A stretch of DNA of 64,000 nucleotides from Mantamonas sphyraenae STR306 (GCA_026936335.1 JAPMXV010000019.1:124001-188000), one strand, 5' to 3'; positions 46,533-60,322 are shown, numbered from the stretch's first letter. Translations and numbers: made by a program. The notes: generated from the letters alone by a model not told the origin.

Positions 46533-46957
46533 GGAGGAGATGACTCTGCAAACACAGAGGGTGTGGAGGCAAACAAGGGAAGCGAAGGCAATGTGGATCC
46601 TGCCACAGGAGTGGTTGTGATGGAGGTGAAGAAGAAGCGCAAGCGCAAGAAGCGCAAGGGCAAACTGCCAAAGAACTATGTGGAGGGCCAGAAGGCAGAC
46701 CCCGAGCGCTGGAAGCCCAAGTACGAGCGCAGTTACAACCAAGGCAAGAAGAACAGGCGTCGCAACAACATGCGTGGGCCGCAGGGAGCGGTGGCGGCCA
46801 GCAGTGGCAAGGAGGCTGCCGAGGCGGAGAAGTTGAACCACAGCAACAGCAGCAGCAGCAACAGCAACAGCAGCAACCAGAGCAGCGCACAGACCAGCAG
46901 CAATACGCCAAGAAGAGCAGGAACCGCGGCAAGAAGGGCAAGAAGGGACGTCGTTGA
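44430..46957 (+). CDS. SRP72: Signal recognition particle subunit SRP72; multi-exon; apparent frameshift ~46905
   Basis: TPR N-terminus (FHKAYAQYRL, ELAYNVAC) and RNA-binding KRKGKLPKNY...DPERWKPKYERSY. The basic tail KKSRNRGKKGKKGRR* lies in the shifted frame. Confidence 0.92.
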
Positions 46958-47049
46958 TCGATTCAATGATTGCACTGCTGGCACCCATGGAAACCACCAC
47001 ACACACACACGCGCACACACACACACAATCACAATCACAACACGATATT

Positions 47050-48680
47050 TTACTTGCGCTGCTGCTTCTTGCGTCTCTTCTGTTTCCTCCTCTGTTGTGC
47101 CTTGGCACTGCGCTTGGAAGAAGATGCACCGTCGTTGTTGTCGCTGTCGCTGTCGTCATCGTCATCATCTCTGTCGTCGTCAAACGCATCTTCGTCATCG
47201 CTGCTATCGTCTGCCACTCCATCCTCGTCGTTGACCTGGTCGCGCTTGCGCTTGTCGGTGTGTGCGTTGCCGCGGCTGCTGCTCTGCTTGACGTTCTGTT
47301 CAAACGCGTTCTGGCTTTCGTACTCCTCATCGTACTCAATCTCGCTGTCGCCGTCGCTACTACTGCTGTCATTGTCATCACTGTCGTCCTCGACCTGCTT
47401 GCCCCTGTTGGTGGCCTTTTTTGTGTTGCTGCTGCCCGCGAGCTCCTGCTCCTGCTCCTCCATCTGGCGCTTGATGCGCTCCTCGCGCCTCTGCTTGCGA
47501 GCCTCCAGCTTCTCCATGCGTTTGGCCTTTTTGGCATCGACGTTGCGCTGCTGCTCGGCACGACGCTCCTCCTTCAGCTTGCGCTCTTCCGCCTTGCGTC
47601 GCTTGAGCTCCGCCGCCTCCTTGGCCGTCTTCTTTACAAAGCGATGGTAGATGATGTCGCCTGCAAACAGGCCATCCTCAATCTTGACCAGCTCCAACTC
47701 CATGCGAGGGCCGAGCTCGGTGAGACGCACCGCACACTCCGAGGCCTTTGTTTCCACACCCTTGCCCGTGTACGAGTCGGGCAGCTGCACACGTGCGTCC
47801 ACAGAGTCTTCAATATCCGATTCCGAGGCGTGCGAGGCGCGCAGGACGTAATCGCTGACATCCTGGAAGTCCTTGAGATTGGGCACCTTTTCCTGCACCA
47901 GGCGCTTGACACCCTTGGTGAGACCACGTGGGTTGAGACGGATGGCGTAGTGGCGAAAGACCACGCGGCCCTTTTTCGCGTCGTAGTTGAGAAGGACGAC
48001 GCGGCGGCACTCGTTCAGGCGCACGGTTTTCACGTTGATGGCGGGAAACATGTTCTGGAACATGACCGAGATCAGCTTCAGGTGCTGGGGCTGATCCTTA
48101 CCACTGCCAAAGTTGTTCAGCACCACCTGTGGCGTGTGGGGTGGCGTGTGAGCCGAGGGAACGGGCGGCGTGTGGGCGACGACGGATTTCCTGATTTGTC
48201 GCATGCGTTGGCGGGCCGAGACGGGGCCTAGGGAGGGAAACCGCAGGGAGGGAAACGTACGAGGGGTGAGAAGTTGTAATCAGGACCCAGCTTGGGGATG
48301 GGTTTCTTCTGCATGTTGTGGATGTCGCGGATGAGGGAGAAGCTGGTGATGCGGAAATGCAGGGTGGGGCCTCGCGGAAAGCGGGAGACCTTGAGGTAGT
48401 TGGCAATCTTTGTGCTGCTAAGAGCCATGACATGGCTGACGCCCAGGGTGGAGGCGACCATAAGAAAGTCCTTCATGCGGTTGCTGCGGCGCTGCTTGAG
48501 GCGAGAGGCCGTGTTGGGCTCCATGACGGCACGCAGGTCGTGCTGCAGATCCTCCAACACCCGGCTGACGTCGCCCAGGTGCAGCACAAAGCACCGCGGG
48601 GTCTTGTCATCCACAGGCGCGTCCACGACCCCCTTTTGCGTGCGCTTCTTCTTGCGCTTCATGCCCCCCTTGTTCGGCAT
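47050..48680 (-). CDS. PPAN: Brix-domain ribosome biogenesis protein Peter Pan/Ssf1; 1 intron
   Basis: DLRAVMEPNTASRLK, PRGPTLHF, VLNNFG, FQNMFPAINV and VRLTELGPRMELELVKIEDG. Confidence 0.95.
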
Positions 48681-48875
48681 GGCGAGTGGTGGAGTGGAGC
48701 TGGCGAGGTTTTACGTTGGTTGCATCATCGCGCATCGGCGAGGATGGACAAAGTGACTCACATGCCAACAACAGGGCACAAGGACAGTTGGGAACCCGGA
48801 TGTTGGGTCAGTGGGGCAAGTTGGGAATGTGATGATGCGGTGCGCGAAGCCGCACAAAGGATCTCACACCGCAAC

Positions 48876-49651
48876 ATGTCGTCGTCGTCGTCGTCGTCGT
48901 CGTCATCGACGAGTAGCACCAAACAGGCAGACATGAAACGGCTGCAGCTGATGATCGAACGCTGTCTGTTCCAGTACATGTCACGGGACGAGGTGGTTGC
49001 GTCGTTGCAGCTGAGCGGGTGGTCGCCGCAACTGACGATGCTGGTGTGGAAGAAGCTGGTGGAGCAGAACACAGAGTTTTTTAGGATATACGAGATGCGA
49101 CTGAGGCTGAAGCGCCAAATGCAGGACTTTAACAAGTTGGTGGAGCAGCAGTTGGACCTCCAAGCGCAGCAAACTCGCGCCATGATGGAAAATATGCAGG
49201 TTTGTACGTGGGCCACGTGTGTGTGTGTGTGTGTGTGTGTGTATGGACGCTGTGAAAGGGTGTACACAACGCATACACAGCCGTTCTGCCTGTTGGTTGT
49301 GTGTCACAAGCGGTGTGGGAGTGTAGGAGCGGGCAAAGCTGACACGTGGTTTGGGTGGGTGATGGGCTTTCGCCATTCACGGCTTTATCCACGGCGCGCC
49401 GGCACACGACAGGGGAAGGCAGCGAAACAAGTGGTGGCGACGATCTGATTGCAAACATGGCAGTGAATTCGACGATGGGTGGCGGGAGCATGGGCTCGGA
49501 CATGCCCGACTTTGCGTCGCTGGACGACTTGGACTTTGTGGATGTCGATCTGCTGGCTGGGGACGACGAGGACGACGAGGACGATTACGACGAAGAATCG
49601 ATGACAGGCACAGCAGGCGGTGGGCAGGAAGACACAGAGATGGATGGGTAG
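48876..49651 (+). CDS. A_thal_3526 (TIGR01589/PF09713)-like domain protein; probable intron
   Basis: LQLMIERCLFQYMSRDEVVASL...TMLVWKKLVEQNTEFFRIYEMRLRLKRQMQDFNKLVEQQ closely follows the plant family pattern. Confidence 0.75.
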
Positions 49652-49740
49652 GAAATGGGTTGTTTTTGGGGGGCACACAAGAAATGGAGGGGGTCGCCGC
49701 GCCGACACAGGCATTGTTTCTCGTTTCTCTTGGCGGCCAC

Positions 49741-50684
49741 ATGGAAATCACCTTTGGAGACGAAGACGCAGTGGGTCCGGAACCCAGTGTGCAAGCACAG
49801 GGCCAGCAAGCGGCACGTGTGGCCGGCAGTGCGGGACTGAACAAGTCGTCGAGCTCGTCGAGCGATCTGTCGAGCAAGGCCGGCGGCGACGGGAGTTCCA
49901 ACGCCGGGTCGGCGGCAGGCATGGAAGGGTGCACTGAAACAGCGTGGGTGGGTGCCATGGACGAGTACGAGACGTATGCGGCTTTGGCAGCCATGGAATG
50001 TGGACAGGAAGCGAGCGGGAAGGGCGGTTCTGCAGGAAAGGGTGGGTCGGCGGCGGCAGAGGGCGAAGCGCTGGCTGCGGACGTGGCGTTGTTGGAAGCA
50101 CGCACGTCGCTTGCAGGGAGTAGCGAGGCAGAAGCGAGTGCGTGGCAGGTGGAAGAGTGGGAGAAGGCATTGATGGCCGAGGTGATGGCGGAGCGAGAGG
50201 CGTGGGAGAAGGAGCAAGGGAGCAGGCCTGCACAAGGCGAGCAGCTGGGCGAGCTGCACGCGGCGGCGGCGGCCAAGGTGGACCATGGGGCCGGATCGTT
50301 TGACTGGCATTCCCAGTTCCAGCAGATCCTGGACCAGCCGGCTCTGAGTGCGGACGAAATCCGGATGCGGGAGAAGCAGGTGGCGGCGTTGAGGGGCGAC
50401 TTTGTGAATGCAGCGCAACGCGCCGTGCAGCAGGTGGTCGCCATGTGGTATGCAGACAAGAGCAGCGACGACAACGACGCAAATGCACCCGTGGCCCTGG
50501 TGCTCCCAGACGGAAGCGTGAGCAAGGATACATTTGTGGGCGGCAACATGCTGCTGCGTGTGGTGGGCAACGACGCAAACGCGATGGTGAGTGATTTGGA
50601 AATTTGGTGTGGCCCCCCCCCCACCCCCTTTGCCTTTTTGCTTGGCCGTTTCTCACTGACACATGCGATGGACCACGTATGGAT

Positions 50685-50718
<34 letters not shown>

Positions 50719-53700
50719 TTGGATGATGGATGGAACGACAGAAACTGGCTGGACAGGAGCTGCGTGCGCAGCAGGCGTGGCTGAACGCACGTGTAGGCTC
50801 GTTGAACTTTCCGCTGCAGGCGGTGTTGACGTACGCCGGCGTGCGAGTGCTGGTGAGCTCCATCGCACCGCTGGACGTGGCCAGCAGCACGTTGGCATAC
50901 GGCAGCGATGGCAAGCGAGTGCTGAGTGGCACGTCAGAGAGCAACAGCGGCAGCAGCGATTCTGAGACGGCAGCAGCCATCGGCGGAGCAAGCCTGGTGG
51001 GCCTGCAAATGGACAAGATGGGCCGCAAGCTGAACTTGGAGGCACACACAGTGGCCAACACAGGCGTGCGTGTGGCCACGGCTGCAGGTGTTCAGGGCCA
51101 TGTGGATGCGCAGGACGGACGTGTGACGGTGCTGAACACGGCAGCGTCCATGCCCAGCGCAGTGCCTCGCTTCAACAGTCCCGTGGCCCACGCTGTGCAG
51201 CGTTTGCGGCCCGAGTTTGTGTCGACGCACCACAGCGTGTTGAACAGCGACGCCCTGAGCGGGTGGGCAGGCGATGACGAGGCGGCGGAGGCCTCGAATG
51301 TGGCGGTGGCGGCAGCTACGCAGGAACTGGCCACGTCAACCATCCCGAAACTGGCGGCTGCGTTGGACAGTGTGTACGGAGGGGAAGGGAGCACGCCGGT
51401 GGCGTTGAACACGCGTGAGATGGACGCGGAACGTGCGGCTGCACGTGCACAGCCGTCGAGCAAGAAGGCATCCATCAGCGTGCACAAGCCAGTCAAGGCA
51501 TCGACGCTGGGCAAGCGCAAAGAGGGCGACACGCGTCTGCCCGTGGTGCAACAAAGCCAGGAGGAGGCTGCAGAGGCGTCGAAAGACGAGGCGTGGACGG
51601 ACGCCAGCTCGGTGCCGCTTTCGCTTACAGCACACGAGCACGGCGTCAACCTGCGCTACTTGGGCCTGGTACGTGCTCACGTGACCACTCCGTGGCTGCG
51701 TGCACTCATCCTGCTGGAGATGAGCGCACGTGCCATCAAGCAAGGCCTGTGGACAGCGCTCCGTTCCCAGGCAGCAGCATCCAACAGCTTTGTGCTTGCC
51801 GACCAGCAGGCACTCGTGGCACATACTCTGAATCAGGTTTGGGCCAACACAGGCGGGTTCTGGTCGGCGTTGCAGACATCGTCCAGCGGCAGCAGCGGCG
51901 TGCTGCCGCCGTTGAAGCAACTGCTGCTGCGAAGCTTTGACAGCAGCGCGCTGGCACAGGCGGAATGGGAGGCAGAGGTGGATGTGCGTACGCTGATGAG
52001 CGAGGCTGACAACGAGACGTGGCCGCTGAAGGAACAGCTGCTGCAGCGCGTGAGCGAGCTGGCAGGCTTCAGCGTGCGTGGCGATTTGGCGTCGTCCCTT
52101 GGCCAGGTGGGCTGGTTGGAAGATGTGGCAGAGGGCGACGACACACTTGCGGTGACGGGTGATGACGTGACACTGCTGGTGGTGAACAAGGAGGTGCGTG
52201 TGGTGTCACGCTCGCAGGCCCTGCTGGCAAGCGATCGGTACGCAGAGGCGATTGAGTTGCTGGAAGCGGAGCTTGCGGCACGGCAGGCGGCACGCGGCGG
52301 CGACGAGGATCGCTCGATGCTGTTTGTGATGACGAGTCTTGCGCAGGCACATGCACACGAGGGCCACGTGGAAAAGGCGGCGTCGCTGTATGGCAAGGCC
52401 ATCGCCACGATGACGGCTCAACGCCAGGAGGGCGACAGCCAAACGCTGGCCATTCTCTTTCGCAACCTGGGCTCCATGTACAGCAGTGCACGGGAGACCG
52501 ACGCGGCACTGCGTACGTATCGCGAAGGGCTGGAGGTGTTGCAGGTCGTCAAAGGAGGCGACAGCAGCGGGAGCAGCGGCGGCAGCGGCGGCAGCGGCGA
52601 CAACGACGCATTTGCAGCACAGGATCCCACACAGGTGTCGATTGTGGCGTTGCAGTTGCTTTCGCTGATGGGTTCCGTGTATGCAGCTCGCAAGGACTAT
52701 GCACGTGCAGAGAGCACATTTGGCGATGCGTTGGCAGCCATGCGCACGCGTGCCAAGGCCCTGCTGGACAACCCACAGGCGTTGAACAAGCCGGCACGGC
52801 AGTCGACGCTGACGGCGATCGGGTCGTGCTATCTTGAGTTTGCATCGATGCTGCTGCAGAAGCGAGACCTGGAGATGGCACAGCACATGTACGAGCGTGC
52901 CATGGATGTGTTGCGCCTGTCAGTGGGCACACGATCCATCACGTACGCTGCTGCACTGAACGAGTACGGCCTGCTGTTGTTTGCACGCCGTCGTGTGATG
53001 CCCGCTGTGGCGACCATCCGCGACGCGCTGAGCACGGTGTTGGACGTCAGTGGCGAAACCAACCTGCAGGCAGCGGCGTCGATGGAGAATCTGGCCACTG
53101 TGCTGATGGCACTGATGCAGATGGAGGAGGCGGAACAGCTGCTGCTGCGTTCGCTGGCCATCAAGGAGGCGCTGTTTGGCGACCACGATCGCACCATCGA
53201 CGCACATCTGTTCCTGGCACAGGTATACACGGAACAGGGGCTTACAGGCCGTGCGGTGCAGCATCTGGAGATTGCCGATGCTGTGTATGCGCGGTTGTAC
53301 GGAGACAGCACGCGCCTGATCCAGGCCAAGCTGTTTACACAAAAGGCAACCACGGCTGCCGCACAGCGCAACTTTGACGAAGCGTTGAGCAACATGGTGA
53401 TGGCTGTGGAGGTACGTGACACACTGCTGCCACAGTATGCCAGCGAAAAGTTGGATGGTCTGCTGCTGTTGGCCCAATACGGCCAGTTCATGGGCGACCT
53501 GTCCGTGACGCTGGCGTACGTGCATCGCGCCCTGGAAGTGGTCAAACACAACCTGAATCTGCCGGGCAAGTATTACACGTCTGTGTTGGACAACCTGTCG
53601 CGTCTGTACTACGCCACGGGCGACTCGCAGGGCAAGACCGGTCTGCTGGACGGCGAAGTCATGTACTGGCGAGCGGTGTTGGCCAAGAGCAAACAGGCGT

Positions 53701-54918
53701 GGCAGCGTGCGGCACAGGGAGTGCAGGTGAGCAGCAGCGAAACGCAGACGGAGGACGATGACGACGCAGCGGCGGCCGAGGCGTTTGCAGAGGCCAACGA
53801 CGTGCCCGTGCTGACGGACAAGCAGGACGTGGTCAAGGCGCTGCAAATGATGGTGCACGTGCTGGACACCCAGTTCCTGGAGAGCGGAGCCAACGACATG
53901 GCGCAGCTGCTGAGCATTCTGCGACGTGTACAAGCAGATCCGAGAGCTGGATGAGATGCAGTTTGAGGCGGAGGCAAAGACGCAGCTGCTGCGCAAGCGT
54001 GTGTCGTACGCACGCACGATGAAGCAGGCAGGCAGGCTGGAGGAGGCGTTGGTGCCGCTGGACGAGACGGTGAGCGAGTATTGCACACGCGAAGCGTTTC
54101 TGGAGCAGGGGGAGGTGCACGCAGGGCTGCTGCAGGACACTCTGGACCTGTGGAGCACCATCCACTATGCGCAAGCGGGCGAGGACACAGTGACCAAGAT
54201 GAAGGCTGTGCAGCAGGAGCTTGTGTTGCGTCGCGAAATGCTGCGCATGGAACCGCTGACGGATGAGCAGCTGGAGTCGTTGGAGAGCACAGATACGTCG
54301 TTGCATCTGGAAGGATGCGATGGGTATTATGCCAAGTGTCTGGTGAACATGGCCGCGATGTACGAGGAGAACGGGTCCGCGGACAAGTGTCTGCGCATGG
54401 GCGAATTGTCGCTGGAGTGCTATCAGCTGCCGCATGTGCGCGAGACCACACCCATCCAGTGGCTGGTCACTGCATTTGTCAACCACGCGGGCTTCCTGGC
54501 CGACCATGGTGACGCGAACGGGGCGTGGCCCGTGATCAAAAAGGGCATGGAGTATGCACGCTCGCTGTCGTCGCAGCATCCGTCGCGTCAGTCGTGCGAG
54601 GAGCTGTTTCGCACGGTGCGTGCGTCGCAGACGGTGGAGGCTGTGGAGGAGGAGGAGGGCGTGGAGGAGGTGTACGGTTACGGAGAGGCCGGCATGGGTG
54701 GAGGCAATCCGTTCAGTGGGATGGGAGGCGTGCAGATGATGGGTGGGTTGGGTGGCACACAGGCCATCTCGCTGGAGCAGCTGGGAGCACAAATGTTCCC
54801 GCAGCAGCTGGAGATGATGCACTCGTTTGGGCTCACCGACGATGCCAACAACGTCAAGATGCTGCTGATGTGCAACGGAGACGTTGAAGTTGCAGTGCAG
54901 ATGATGTTTGGAGGGTGA
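49741..54918 (+). CDS. Clu (clustered mitochondria/Tif31)-domain protein with TPR repeats and C-terminal UBA-like domain (intron ~50587-50740; frameshift ~53925)
   Basis: DFVNAA, QRLRPEFV..LNSDALS, HEHGVNLRYLG and EMSARAIK Clu motifs. Kinesin-light-chain-type TPRs. UBA-like QLEMMHSFG..NVKMLLMCNGDVEVAV. Confidence 0.75.
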
Positions 54919-54989
54919 GTGAGTTTTGGAAATGGGATGAATGAATGAATGCCACGGCCAAGCCAAAGCAATTCCAAACCTCACACAGA

Positions 54990-56854
54990 ATGGCGCGACG
55001 TTCGAGGGCTTCCAACGTCGACGAGACGCTGTTTACGAGCAGCACGCCGTACGGGTCGCAGCAGGAAAACAATTATGCAATGTTGTCCATGAGCGACTTG
55101 TCGAGGATCCGCACGGAGCTGGAGGACATTGACGGAACGGCGGAGCAGAAGCGAGCGGAACAAAAGCGTGCCGAGAACATCGAACGATCACGCAGGCGAG
55201 TACAGGACTGGAACAACACGATCAAGGCACAGCGCAAGAAGAAGGAGCAGCAGCTGATGGACAAGCGACGCAGGGAGGAAGAGCAGCGGGTGGAGCAGGA
55301 CAAGCGAGAAGCGGCCGTGCAGGCCAAATTGCGCGAGGAGCAAATCGAACGAGGTGAGTGGATGTGTGAGGGCACACAAGAGACATGTGGTAGGAACACA
55401 CGCACAGTATCCAGGGCTTGATGGGTGGCTTGGGCCATGGGGCAGGACGTGTGTGTGCGCAGGGGGACGGAGAGACAAAGATGGAGTGGAGACGACGCAA
55501 CGGTCGGCTTTGACTCACACGTTTGGCCGGCCACACACGTGCATAACCGCACAGCACACAAGATCCTGTACGAGCAGAACGACCAGGTGAAGAAGCTGCA
55601 CAGCACATTGCTGATGGCAGATGTGATGAAGGTATGGGTGTGGAGCAGTGGACGTGTTTGGGTGCCCAGGGCGAAAAGCTGACGCCAGCGAACGAACGTA
55701 CAGGAACGGGAAGCGCAAATCGAGCTGAAGAAGCGTCGTGCAGAGTACGAGAAGGAGCGGGACCTGGCCATGCATCGACGAGAAATGCAGATGATGGAGG
55801 ACATGGACGAAGCAGACCAGCAGCGTGTGGCACAGCTGCGCAAGAAGGGTGAGTGTGGATTTTGGCAAGGGGGGAGCGAAGGAAGCAGCAGCAGCAACTG
55901 ACACAGGTGTGCTTTGTGTGATGACACGTGACACGCTGGCTGGCTCAACCAACAGAACTGGAGGTGGCCAAGTTTATCCGGGATCAACGTGAGGAATACC
56001 ACCAGATGAAGCAGCGGGAGGAGGAAAAGAACAAGAAGGAGGGCCAGCGCATCCTTCAGTCAGTGTACGAGTACCGTGCGGAGGTGGAGGAAGCGGAGAA
56101 GAAGCGTCGGCAGGTGGCAAAGGAGGCAGCCCATGCGACGTTCCAGGCCAACGAGTTGCTGAAGCAGATCAAGGCAAAGGAGGCGATGCTGGAGGAGGAG
56201 GAGGATCGGAAGATCGAAGAGTTTGCACGCAAGAAGGAGGAGCAGCTGGCGGAACGCAAACGGATGGAGGATCGCAAGTTTGCACAGAAGCAGGCGACAC
56301 GGCAACGGATCATCGACGAGCAGGTGGAGGCGCTGCGCAACATCCGGGACACGGAGAACGCACGTTTGGAGCGGCAAGTGCAGGAGCGCGAGCAGAAGCT
56401 GGAAGACGAGGAGAAGCGGCGCCGAGAGAGGATGCGCAAGATGCAGGAGGACATTGCATACTCGCGGGCACAGGCGGAACGCAAGCGACAGGAGGCCATC
56501 CGGCACCAGAAGCGTGTGGAGAAGGAGTACCAGAAGCAGTACCGGGAACGGCAGTACCGCCTGGAGCGGGAAGAAGAGGCGGAGCGACAGTCGGCTCTGC
56601 TCAAGGCCAGGCAGACGCAGGCGTATCTGCGCAAGCAGGTGCGTGACAGGAAGGAGGCGGAGCGTCAGGAGCGCATTGCCGAAGCCAAGGAGGCCAAGCG
56701 TCTGGCACGCGAGGAGGCTCGCAAGCAGCGTATCTTTGACGAGTATGTGCAGGAGCAGATGAAGGAATACTCGCTGCAGGGAAAGACCGTGGTGCCCACG
56801 CTCAAGAACGTCGTCAACAAGAAGCAGGGTCTGGCAAGCGACGGCTGGAAGTAG
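54990..56854 (+). CDS. CFAP210: Trichohyalin-plectin-homology coiled-coil ciliary protein (CFAP210/CCDC173-like); multi-exon
   Basis: SRRRVQDWNNTI..R.KK and AHKILYEQNDQVKKLHSTLLMADVMK|EREAQIELKK, plus a long E/R/K-rich coiled coil. Confidence 0.65.
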
Positions 56855-57040
56855 GCGACGAGGGGCACAATGCATGGAGCGCAATTGACTGTTGTTCTTC
56901 ACATTCACACAGCACAACATCGTTTTTTTTCATTTGGATGTGGGTTGCCTTTGGATTGGATTGGATTTGGATTGGATAAGGGGTGTGTGATTTGGGTCGT
57001 CCGTGGCTCACAGGAGCGCCAGTAGGCGTAGCCGTCGTGG

Positions 57041-58454
57041 TCAGTATCGGCGGGCCTTGATCTTGCTGCGGATGGTGTCGATGAGCACATCGTCCAGCCA
57101 TTCGTACATGCTCTTGTCGTAGAGTTCGACTTCGTGGAGGCCCATGGAGCCGCTGAAGCCTGCGTCGAGAGAGACGTCGGGGTTTTCCTTGCCGTAGATC
57201 TCGACAAACCTGTCTGCGCAAGCCTTCTCCACGACCTGCAGCAGGTCGTTGTCCGGCAGGGGGTCATGCAGCCCCAATTGAATGATGCGCTCGTACACGC
57301 TGTGTGTGATATCTGCGCGCGCAGGTATGCAAGGCGGGGAGGGGGCCGACGCGCGGAAGCGGGGGGGGAGAGGGCGTGTGAGTGAGAGTGAACAACAAAC
57401 GCGCCACAATATCCGCTCGCCACCAGGGGATGAGCAAGGAGGAATGAGCGCAGATGGAGGGCAGGGCGTGAGGAGGTGTATGTGGGTGTGCGGGTGAGGT
57501 GTTTGCGTGTGTGGCAACGCACCATCATAAGTGAGCGAGGGCTCCTTTACGCCAAGGACGGCCATCTCAAACCGCTGAAGCTGGGCCAGAAATCCGGCGT
57601 TTGGGTGTGCAACGAGGCGTCGGGAGCGGACCATGTGGTAGGCGTCGTGCAGAGACATCTTGGTCTTCCAGATGAGGTAGGCCAGGACAACGGTGGTGCT
57701 GCGGGAGACGCCCGCACGGCAGTGGACGAGCACGGTTCCGTCTTGATCGAGACCGTCGTCTGAAGGGGCACAAAACGCATCGGTTCGCAGGGCACGTACG
57801 CAGGAGCAGAGGGAGAGACACACACACAGATGGGCAAACAAGGAAGAAGGGTGAGTACAGGGCAGGGTGGGAGGGTGGAGGGGACGGGATGGGGTGTGTG
57901 TGGACGTGTGTGGAGGCGCGCAGGAAAGGGGCTGAGGAGGTGCGCGGTTTTTCGCAATCTCTGTGGGGTGCGCGCGCAACACACACGTCTGCCTGGTGCG
58001 CAAGAACACATACCGATGAATGCAAAGGCGTCTTCAAACACATGGTCAATGGACGAGCGCGTGTTGTCCTTGACCTTGATGTGCTTGTACTCCATGGCCT
58101 CACGCACGTCGGCTTCGATGTGATGGCGCGTGAGGTTGAGCACGTGCGTGAACCTGTGGGCCACCGCACAGTGCACACGGGTCAGTTGACGCGTCCACAC
58201 ACAGAACCAAAGGGTGTAGGACAGCCCCGTGCCACCTACCCTTCCTTTTGCAGAAGCTTCAGGTCATTGGCAATGCCGATGTTGCCCAAAAACAGGTTGG
58301 GCAGCACCTCTGAAGCCCCCGGCAGGTTTTGAAACTCCTTCGGGTTGCGGCGGTTGAACGAGTGCATTTCTTCCCACGTTGCGCCCACCACGCGATAATC
58401 CTCCTCTTCCGGCTCCTCCACCTCAACGGTGTCCTTCAGATCGGAACTCGACAT
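57041..58454 (-). CDS. Dual-specificity protein phosphatase; multi-exon
   Basis: SEVLPNLFLG, active site VLVHCRAGVSRSTTVVLAYL and PNAGFLAQL. Confidence 0.92.
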
Positions 58455-58568
58455 GTTGGGGGGGTGGGGTTTTTGGTGGGGGTTGGAGCGCAAACAACAC
58501 ACGTCACGTGTATCCACGAGTGCACGTGCAAGCGTATCTGTCATAGTGTGTGGTGTTGGGTGTGTGTA

Positions 58569-58600
<32 letters not shown>

Positions 58601-58659
58601 CAGGGGGGTCTGATCAACCTGCGCCGCCGCACACAACAAACCCCGAACCACAGACAGAG

Positions 58660-60322
58660 ATGTTCACGCCGTTGCTGCAGGCCAGCGAAGACGGGACTCT
58701 GGCCACTGTCCTGGTCATCTTGATTCTTCTTGTGGTTGCTGTCGTGCTCTTCTACAACTACGGCTTCTATCGAGTCAAGGAGAAGTACGTCATTGTCATC
58801 GAGCGCCTCGGCAAGTACCACCGCACCCTCCACGCTGGTCTCCGCGTCGTCGTTCCTCTGCTCGACTGGCCAAAGGTACGTGTGAACATCCCTCTCCTCC
58901 GTCCCCTCCCTCACCTTGCCCATCAACCCCCTTCTATCCACAATCGCCGCCGTCCGCCCCGTGGGAGGCTCCGTTCACCTTTGCCAAACTCCATGCCCCG
59001 AGCGCCTCCTCCCTTGTGCTTCGCCTCCACCGGACTCGGGTGTGCCTGTCCAATGTCTATACATCGCCAGCCAGCGTCCACATACACCCTGTCTCTTGGC
59101 ATTCCGATTTCCTCCCATCTCCAGCACCACCTCATGCGCGCTGTGCCCTTTCCTTCCCATCACCGCCGTGCTTCGTGGTGCCAAACTCACACGCAAACTC
59201 CACCCTCGCTGGGCCTTGCCTCGCCTCCCGTCCGCCCGCCACAGACCTACTACGAGCGATTCTACCTCACCTCCAATGACGGCAAGACCTTTCTGCACGA
59301 GGAGCGTGGCAAGACCCGCATCTCCACTCAGAACGAGGTCAGTTCCAGCCGAGTCGCCCGGCACACATTTTCCCCTCTCCGCCGCTCCTTTTCGTCGCCC
59401 CGCTCCTGGCCACCATGCTCACATCCACCGCCATCCACACACACACACACACCGTCGTGCCACCCTCATACGCCTTGTCCATGTGCCCACAGGTGTATGA
59501 TTTCCCCAAGCAGAACGTCATCACGCGCGACAACTCGTCCATCTATCTCGACGCCGTACGTTCTCACCGTCGCACGAGCACCTGCTTCCCCCCTCCTCCA
59601 CGAACCACCGACCCCCCACATACTCACACTCACAACACTCTCTCCATGCATCCGTTCACACACCACAGGTCCTGTCGTACAAGATCATCAACCCGGAACT
59701 CATGATCTACAAGTGCACCAACTTGCCCAACATCCTCAGCCGCCTGCTGCAAGCACAGCTGCGTAACGTGGCCGGTTCCCTCGACATCGACCAGATGATT
59801 GAGGACGCCACCGCCCTGAGCGTGCTCACGGGCCTGTTGGACCAGGAGGCCACCCGCTGGGGTGTCAAGGTGCTGTTTGTCAAGGTGCAGAAGGTCGAGG
59901 CCCCCGGTCTGGAGGAGGTGCTTGCCAAGAAGAAGGACGCCGACCTGCGCAACAAGGAGGTCATCATTGGCGCCAAGGCCAAGAAGCAGACCTCCGTCAT
60001 TGAGGCTGAGGGTCAGCGTGACTCGATGATCAAGAAGGCTGAGGGTGAGGCGCAGAAGGTCATTGCCAGCGCACGCGGTCAGGCCCAGGCCATTGTCAAC
60101 CAAGCCAAGGCCGAGTCTCAGACCGTCCTCAAGGTGGCCAAGTCCATTGTCCGCTCGGGCGAGAACCCTACCCGTTATCTCCTCGCCATCAACTACATCG
60201 CCGCTCTCCAGAGCATCGTCACCTCCTCCAACACCGTCGTCCACTACCTGCCAGGTGCCACTGCCTTTGTCCAGTCTGCACAGTCTCTCGGCGTCAACGT
60301 TGCCTTCCCGTCCAAGCAATGA
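58660..60322 (+). CDS. SPFH/band-7 (stomatin-like, paraslipin-type) membrane protein; multi-exon
   Basis: N-terminal TM helix, VIERLGKYHRTLHAGL, FPKQNVITRDN, RWGVKV and AEGQRDSMIKKAEGEA. Confidence 0.9.
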
